From: a virus
Lineage: Duplodnaviria; Caudoviricetes
Strand: one strand, 5' to 3'
DNA length: 52,600 bases
Virus record (IMG/VR): IMGVR_UViG_3300017783_000031
Span: 1-52,600 of that record
Below the pieces are notes generated by a model, which ran no database searches, was not told the DNA's origin, and saw only the letters and a list, made by a program, of their open reading frames with translations. Below are positions 48,661 to 52,600 of this stretch, one piece after another (position 1 is the first letter of the stretch; the number at the start of each line of letters is the position of its first letter). The position numbers were made by a program, and so were the translations under genes.

Positions 48661-48864
48661 TTATCTTGTAATTGTCCATAATTTATTGTGTACAAATTTT
48701 GTTTTATATGTGCGTTTGCCAGATATAATAACATCTTGATGTTTCATATACTCTTTAAAAGTAAATGGTTTACAATCGCCATGCTGTTTTTTTTCTTTAG
48801 CCCAGCGTATTGCATTTTGCTTTCTTTTGTTTTTTACGTATTCTTTAAGTTCTTGTATACTCAT
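48661..48864 (-). CDS. Small basic hypothetical protein
   Basis: 67-aa ORF coupled to the upstream gene. Confidence 0.55.
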   Translation of the reverse strand: MSIQELKEYVKNKRKQNAIRWAKEKKQHGDCKPFTFKEYMKHQDVIISGKRTYKTKFVHNKLWTITR

Positions 48865-49118
48865 TGTGATAATTGTTTTGCTTTATAAGTTGCATATGGT
48901 TCAGATGGAACAAATCCATCATAAGCTTTTTCAATTAGTTCAGCCATACGTAACCATACCTTTAGTGTCCTAACGTCGCCTGTTATAATATTATAAGATA
49001 ACTCTGGCCAAGCAACGTTATGTCTATTTTTAAACTTTGTACGTATGTTTAACCTATGAGTTGTTATTTTAGCTATTAACATAGCTTCAATTCTGTCGTT
49101 AATTTCTTTTGTTGTCAT
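48861..49118 (-). CDS. Hypothetical protein
   Basis: 85-aa ORF with an A-rich leader. Confidence 0.55.
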   Translation of the reverse strand: MTTKEINDRIEAMLIAKITTHRLNIRTKFKNRHNVAWPELSYNIITGDVRTLKVWLRMAELIEKAYDGFVPSEPYATYKAKQLSQ

Positions 49119-49137
49119 AGTGTTTAATTTAATTTAG

Positions 49138-49213
49138 TGGACGTGGGAGGAGTTGAACCTCCGTTTGTTGATAGTGTACTTTTGAACTTTGTCAACACTT
49201 ACCCGTCACGCCC
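49138..49213 (-). ncRNA. tRNA-like small RNA resembling an isolated tmRNA tRNA-like domain (76 nt)
   Basis: Acceptor stem GGGCGTG/CACGTCC with a G3.U pair and discriminator A; perfect T-arm GGAGG-TTCAACT-CCTCC; no D-stem; central helix TGTTGA/TCAACA; no canonical anticodon arm. Confidence 0.7.
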
Positions 49214-49215
49214 GT

Positions 49216-49357
49216 AGCCGAAGGCACAGCACATTACCTGTCTTTTTAACTAGTATATATTGCTCGTCAGCATTCCTTCGGTGCCGTTAATAATGTAAAG
49301 ACCTCACCGCCGGTTTTATTTACCCCTGCAGAGGTACGACGGTTTTTTGGTCTTACA
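49216..49357 (-). ncRNA. Two additional structured intergenic RNA elements
   Basis: ccgaagg/ccttcgg closing helix (49218-49281); nested helices gtaagacc/ggtctttac, accgtcg/cggcggt, tacctc/ggggta (49296-49356), with G-U pairs on the - strand. Confidence 0.45.
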
Positions 49358-49384
49358 ACAAACACACACTGTTTGAAAAAAAGT

Positions 49385-49531
49385 TTATAGTTGTTGATTA
49401 AGTATATAATTAATTACTTGTTTTGGTGTGCCTGTCATTGAATGCGTTGCGCCGTCTTTATTTTTAAAAATTAATTCATAAAAATGTGGTTGGTGTATAG
49501 CAAATGGTGTGTCATATTTATTTCCTGCCAT
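49385..49531 (-). CDS. Small early protein (48 aa, MAGNKYDTPFAIHQ...)
   Basis: Start reassigned to ATG 49531 to avoid overlap. Confidence 0.5.
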   Translation of the reverse strand: MAGNKYDTPFAIHQPHFYELIFKNKDGATHSMTGTPKQVINYILNQQL

Positions 49532-49532
49532 A

Positions 49533-49706
49533 TTATTCGTCATTAGGATTATAGTTATCTTCTTCAGGATATTCAAATTTATCTCTTGTTCGATTACCCC
49601 AAATAGGTTTTTCATATTTATATCCTAGTATAGGATTAATACCATGGTTCCACCAGTCATCAGGCATTTCTTTTGTTTCAATATATTTGTTATTTTTATT
49701 CGTCAT
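49533..49706 (-). CDS. Small early protein (57 aa, ..WWNHGINPILGY..)
   Basis: Start reassigned to ATG 49706. Confidence 0.55.
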   Translation of the reverse strand: MTNKNNKYIETKEMPDDWWNHGINPILGYKYEKPIWGNRTRDKFEYPEEDNYNPNDE

Positions 49707-50028
49707 TTTCGTTGTCTTTATGTTCTTCAATATAATCTTGTACTTCATACTCTGGTAAGTATGTGTCTACGTCAGCTATATGTATAATAGCTTCATCAGG
49801 CTCATTATCTCCACATTCTTTGATTCTTTCAATAATATCATCAAAAGATGGTTCGTAATAGTATACGTCATTTTCCCAGTCGAGATGTTGTGCATCATTT
49901 GTTACAACGTGAATATCATAGCCATCAGCTGTGTTCCACGTACCTATTTCTAAAGCTGGACTACCTTTCCAATCTTCAGTAATTTCTGCTACATTTAGTA
50001 GCTTTGCTAGTTGTTCAATATGTGTCAT
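49696..50028 (-). CDS. Highly acidic early protein (DNA-mimic candidate)
   Basis: 110 aa, about 31 D/E versus 5 K/R by manual count. Confidence 0.6.
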   Translation of the reverse strand: MTHIEQLAKLLNVAEITEDWKGSPALEIGTWNTADGYDIHVVTNDAQHLDWENDVYYYEPSFDDIIERIKECGDNEPDEAIIHIADVDTYLPEYEVQDYIEEHKDNENDE

Positions 50029-50204
50029 TTTGTTACTTTTTTAATTAGTGAAAATAATATTTGTTGTTTTACTTTTAATTCTAGTTCATAGAAGTCATCG
50101 CCATCAAGCTCGCTTTCGTCAAGCTGCCAGCTGATTGTATTATCAATGTGCTCATCAATTTCTTCAATCAAATGTGACGATATGTTTTGAATTAAATTTT
50201 TCAT
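50025..50204 (-). CDS. Small acidic early protein (59 aa), not in the track
   Basis: Read by hand, MKNLIQNISSHLIEEIDEHID..; ATGA overlaps at both ends. Confidence 0.55.
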   Translation of the reverse strand: MKNLIQNISSHLIEEIDEHIDNTISWQLDESELDGDDFYELELKVKQQILFSLIKKVTK

Positions 50205-50401
50205 GCTATTTCAAGATTAAGTTGTTGTGCCACATAGTTGACATGCTTCGACGTTGTAACGCTATATGATCCAACGCCGGGAACATGCCAGTTCATCAAA
50301 TGAAGTTTGTTATCTTTTATTTGTGCAACGACAGTATCATAAGAATAAATGTCATTGCCAATTTGTTTTAAGTTTTGTTTGTATTTGTCAAATGTTTTCA
50401 T
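50201..50401 (-). CDS. Conserved small early phage protein (SYxTxVA..SVTTSKH motif)
   Basis: 66 aa; motif recalled from many phage early regions. Confidence 0.6.
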   Translation of the reverse strand: MKTFDKYKQNLKQIGNDIYSYDTVVAQIKDNKLHLMNWHVPGVGSYSVTTSKHVNYVAQQLNLEIA

Positions 50402-50402
50402 A

Positions 50403-50639
50403 TTATTGGTTGTTTGTTGTTATAATTTCTTTTTCATCTTCAAGCTTATCAATACATTCAGATAGCTTTACAGTTATATAATTTTGAATGTCTTCTGTTT
50501 CAAACCCGTCAGCCCATAAGATAGGTACAATTTTTTCAAGGCAATAGCGTACATCCCAGTCGCCTCCTAATAGTTTTTCAATTCGCGTTACAGTTTGACG
50601 CATTTGAATGTAGTTATTTAGTTGTGTGTTTGTGTTCAT
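50403..50639 (-). CDS. Small early protein
   Basis: 78 aa, directly downstream of a promoter motif copy. Confidence 0.6.
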   Translation of the reverse strand: MNTNTQLNNYIQMRQTVTRIEKLLGGDWDVRYCLEKIVPILWADGFETEDIQNYITVKLSECIDKLEDEKEIITTNNQ

Positions 50640-50665
50640 AATATTTAATTTTAATTGTTATTCGT

Positions 50666-50701
50666 ATTTATTATCCGGTTATTAACGTGTTTGCTTTGTA
50701 A
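50666..50701 (-). promoter_or_regulatory. Early promoter-like motif, copy 1
   Basis: - strand TTACAAA-gcaaa-CACG-ttaataacc-GGATAATA. Confidence 0.7.
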
Positions 50702-50790
50702 TTTGCGTATAGCAAAATGGTTATGATAAATGGTATAGCTATTGCAATACCTTTAAAAAATTCGTTGGGGTCTATTGGTATGTGGTTCAT
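50671..50790 (-). CDS. Small membrane peptide (39 aa), not in the track
   Basis: MNHIPIDPNEFFKGIAIAIPFIITILLYANYKANTLITG; shares a 28-bp leader/start repeat with the next gene. Confidence 0.5.
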   Translation of the reverse strand: MNHIPIDPNEFFKGIAIAIPFIITILLYANYKANTLITG

Positions 50791-50808
50791 AATATTTAAT
50801 TTTAATTG

Positions 50809-50982
50809 TTATCCTATATATTCTAATAATTTTTTAATCTTCTTTAAATTTTTGTGTGCGATCTGTGCATTCATAAAGTATGCATAGTCTGGTCCAATCT
50901 CAACTAGATCATCTATTGTTTGACGTAGTTGGTATAATTTGTCTTTTACTATTATTGTTTTGTTATGTGTGTTAGTATCCAT
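50809..50982 (-). CDS. Small early protein (57 aa)
   Basis: Start reassigned to ATG 50982 (MDTNTHNK). Confidence 0.5.
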   Translation of the reverse strand: MDTNTHNKTIIVKDKLYQLRQTIDDLVEIGPDYAYFMNAQIAHKNLKKIKKLLEYIG

Positions 50983-51160
50983 ATTTAGTATAATGTTTAA
51001 TTGTTTCAATTGACGCTTTGTTGAATTGGTGTACTCGCTCTCTGTATTTGGCGTCAGTACAATATTTTTTCATTGCTCTGGATTCTGTACATTCACCCCA
51101 GCGACGTTCGAAGTCATTGACTTGTTTTAGTTTTGCTTTTAGTTGTGCTTCTGTTTTCAT
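50972..51160 (-). CDS. Small early protein
   Basis: 62-aa ORF, coupled. Confidence 0.55.
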   Translation of the reverse strand: MKTEAQLKAKLKQVNDFERRWGECTESRAMKKYCTDAKYRERVHQFNKASIETIKHYTKYGY

Positions 51161-51264
51161 AATCCTAAGTGCATTTCAATTTCCCAGTTTTCCATTTCAG
51201 TTATTTGTTCTTCAGTGTAGCTTGTATTAGCAAGCATTTCTTCTAAGTAGTATTGATTCATCAT
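51157..51264 (-). CDS. Tiny acidic early protein (35 aa)
   Basis: Read by hand, MMNQYYLEEMLANTSYTEEQITEMENWEIEMHLGL. Confidence 0.45.
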   Translation of the reverse strand: MMNQYYLEEMLANTSYTEEQITEMENWEIEMHLGL

Positions 51265-51265
51265 A

Positions 51266-51406
51266 TTAGTTGTGTATTAAGTATTGTTTTGTTTCGTCAT
51301 AGCTCAGTGGCCAATCATAGTATTTATATATTCTGTTAATCTTTTCTTCTGTTGGTAGGTCAAGTGTGTTAACCCAGTCCATTAAATTTGTGTGTGATGT
51401 GTTCAT
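51266..51406 (-). CDS. Tiny early protein (46 aa)
   Basis: Read by hand, MNTSHTNLMDWVNTLDLP.. Confidence 0.45.
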   Translation of the reverse strand: MNTSHTNLMDWVNTLDLPTEEKINRIYKYYDWPLSYDETKQYLIHN

Positions 51407-51576
51407 ATTATATAATCTTTTTTAATTTGTTTTATTAGTTCAAAGCGTCTGTCAAGAAGTTGTTGGTGTATAGCAAGTAGCTTTTCTTGTTGGTCGAGTG
51501 ATAATCCTAGGCCTTGTATTTTTAGATCTTGTATCATGTCTAGTTTGCCATTTATTTCGTGTAGTCGTGTTTTCAT
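51403..51576 (-). CDS. Small early protein (57 aa)
   Basis: Read by hand, MKTRLHEINGKLDMIQDL..; ATGA overlaps. Confidence 0.5.
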   Translation of the reverse strand: MKTRLHEINGKLDMIQDLKIQGLGLSLDQQEKLLAIHQQLLDRRFELIKQIKKDYII

Positions 51577-51737
51577 AGTTTACTAAATTTTTTGATTAAA
51601 TCTAATTCTGTTTTAAACATTTCTTGTTGTGTTATGTTGAGGTCATGTAGCCTGTCAACATCAGTTTGTGTTTTTATATAGTCAACTAGGTTGAAGTAAA
51701 GCTTATCTATTTGTTGTTTTGTTAATTCTATTTTCAT
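51573..51737 (-). CDS. Small early protein (54 aa, MKIELTKQQ..)
   Basis: Start reassigned to 51737 because the track start lies inside a promoter motif. Confidence 0.55.
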   Translation of the reverse strand: MKIELTKQQIDKLYFNLVDYIKTQTDVDRLHDLNITQQEMFKTELDLIKKFSKL

Positions 51738-51754
51738 TTGTGTTTGTTTTACGT

Positions 51755-51790
51755 TTATATTATCCATTTAAGATAGTATTAAGCTTGTAA
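51755..51790 (-). promoter_or_regulatory. Early promoter-like motif, copy 2
   Basis: - strand TTACAAG-cttaa-TACT-atcttaaat-GGATAATA. Confidence 0.6.
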
Positions 51791-51955
51791 CTTTGTGTGA
51801 GCATAGTAGACTTTAGTTGTGTTGATATGGTTCCAGTGAGCATTTCTTGCAAAGGTTATTCGTGTTGGACCTTTAGAACCAAGGCCATAGAAGCCCATTT
51901 GTCTTTCAGTTTGCTTTGCTTGTCTTGCTAATTTCTTTTGTAATTGAGTAGTCAT
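51779..51955 (-). CDS. Small early protein (58 aa)
   Basis: Read by hand, MTTQLQKKLARQAKQTERQMGFYGLG.. Confidence 0.5.
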   Translation of the reverse strand: MTTQLQKKLARQAKQTERQMGFYGLGSKGPTRITFARNAHWNHINTTKVYYAHTKLQA

Positions 51956-51995
51956 AAGGTATGTGTTTTGTTTGTTAGTATAATTTTAGATGGTG

Positions 51996-52154
51996 TTATT
52001 GTGCTTTGTCTGTGTCTGTTACAAATACTTTTTTGTTTTCAAATATGTCAATCATTTGATAGATCTCGTGTCTTATGTGTTCCCAGTCATCAGAGTTTGC
52101 ACAATCTTCTAAACAATGCTTGATGAGGTTGGTATGTCTTGGTGTTAGTTTCAT
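51996..52154 (-). CDS. Small early protein (52 aa)
   Basis: Read by hand, MKLTPRHTNLIKHCLEDC..; directly downstream of a promoter motif. Confidence 0.5.
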   Translation of the reverse strand: MKLTPRHTNLIKHCLEDCANSDDWEHIRHEIYQMIDIFENKKVFVTDTDKAQ

Positions 52155-52160
52155 ATTCTT

Positions 52161-52196
52161 ATATATTATCCAGTTGAGGTCGTATTTAGTTTGTAA
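52161..52196 (-). promoter_or_regulatory. Early promoter-like motif, copy 3
   Basis: - strand TTACAAA-ctaaa-TACG-acctcaact-GGATAATA. Confidence 0.7.
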
Positions 52197-52364
52197 TTAA
52201 CATTCTTCAATTTTAATTATATTATCTAATGAATATCTATTTGCCCATTCTTTTGTAGCAATGTCTATGCTTTCACATTTCATATATTTATTAGAAATTC
52301 TTTTATTCTTTTCTCCTTTAGCATTTACATAAGTAATGTTAATTGTAGCTTTATACATTTTCAT
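52197..52364 (-). CDS. Small early protein (55 aa)
   Basis: Read by hand, MKMYKATINITYVNAKGEKNKR.. Confidence 0.5.
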   Translation of the reverse strand: MKMYKATINITYVNAKGEKNKRISNKYMKCESIDIATKEWANRYSLDNIIKIEEC

Positions 52365-52386
52365 AATTAGTATTTATTTGTTACAT

Positions 52387-52422
52387 ATATATTATCCAAA
52401 ATAGATCGTGCTAGCTTTGTAA
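52387..52422 (-). promoter_or_regulatory. Early promoter-like motif, copy 4
   Basis: - strand TTACAAA-gctag-CACG-atctatttt-GGATAATA. Confidence 0.7.
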
Positions 52423-52466
52423 TTTGCTATACATTAAAAATGTATAATTGGGGTTGGGGCCTAACT

Positions 52467-52500
52467 AGATTATCCGAAATAGTCCGTGTTTTGCACGTAA
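52467..52500 (-). promoter_or_regulatory. Early promoter-like motif, copy 5 (variant)
   Basis: - strand TTACGTG-caaaa-CACG-gactatttc-GGATAATC with identical spacing. Confidence 0.55.
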
Positions 52501-52600
52501 AAAAGAAGATTTAAAAAGCTAAAAAAAATCAACAATGTGTTGTAAATGTAACGGGGGTGGGGTAAAATAAACAGTTTAGTGTAAGGGGCTGGTTACCAAT

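Noticed and set aside
49138-49213. Canonical tRNA gene
   Set aside because: No D-stem and no 5-bp anticodon stem with a 7-nt loop, so no anticodon can be assigned
49225-49275. Hammerhead ribozyme (CTGACGA on the - strand)
   Set aside because: No GAAA core or convincing stems II/III at the required positions
50671-52475. TTATCC cores as DnaA boxes
   Set aside because: None completes TTATCCACA, and all sit in a larger fixed-spacing motif oriented toward ATGs, so a promoter fits better
50600-52500. CRISPR-like array from the repeated motif
   Set aside because: The repeats are degenerate, irregularly spaced (78 to ~1090 bp) and separated by genes
1-52600. Stop-codon reassignment as in some crAss-like phages
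   Set aside because: Genes are intact and densely packed under the standard code, with TAA, TAG and TGA all used as stops

Overview
This is a 52.6-kb, AT-rich segment of a lytic podovirus-type dsDNA phage genome. The host is most likely a marine Bacteroidota/Flavobacteriia, inferred from gene order and content resembling Cellulophaga phi38:1-like, GroES-encoding phages and from the lack of Shine-Dalgarno sequences. The + strand (1-35.7 kb) is the virion module: tail fibre/LamG-SPRY adhesin, GroES-like protein, terminase, portal, scaffold, major capsid protein, ring and stabilization/muzzle proteins, three ejection-type proteins and small membrane proteins. A bidirectional terminator at about 35.75 kb separates it from the - strand arm (35.8-52.4 kb). 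That arm encodes nrdA/nrdB, an endonuclease, MazG, a CAP-domain protein, thyA, primase-helicase, SSB, an exonuclease, ERF, a sigma70-type factor, a DnaA-C-like HTH protein and many tiny early genes. No DNA polymerase, integrase or endolysin is recognisable in the window. The best candidate for a new system is the 2066-aa ejection protein, which looks like a self-processing polyprotein. It has a HExxH zincin domain, three exact RFSKS repeats delimiting domains, and a sigma70 region-2-like domain between the first two repeats. Five copies of a non-host-type promoter-like motif (TTACAAA-N5-YACG-N9-GGATAATA) head the early genes, which suggests a virion-delivered sigma factor starts a two-sigma cascade. 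The same gene carries an in-phase G GGA AAG slippery site plus an H-type pseudoknot (predicted -1 frameshift). Also found: a 76-nt tmRNA-TLD-like RNA with a G3.U acceptor pair and no mRNA-like domain, and a small MPFKSKAQ gene overprinted inside the scaffold gene. All functional calls come from motif recognition by eye; no database searches were run.
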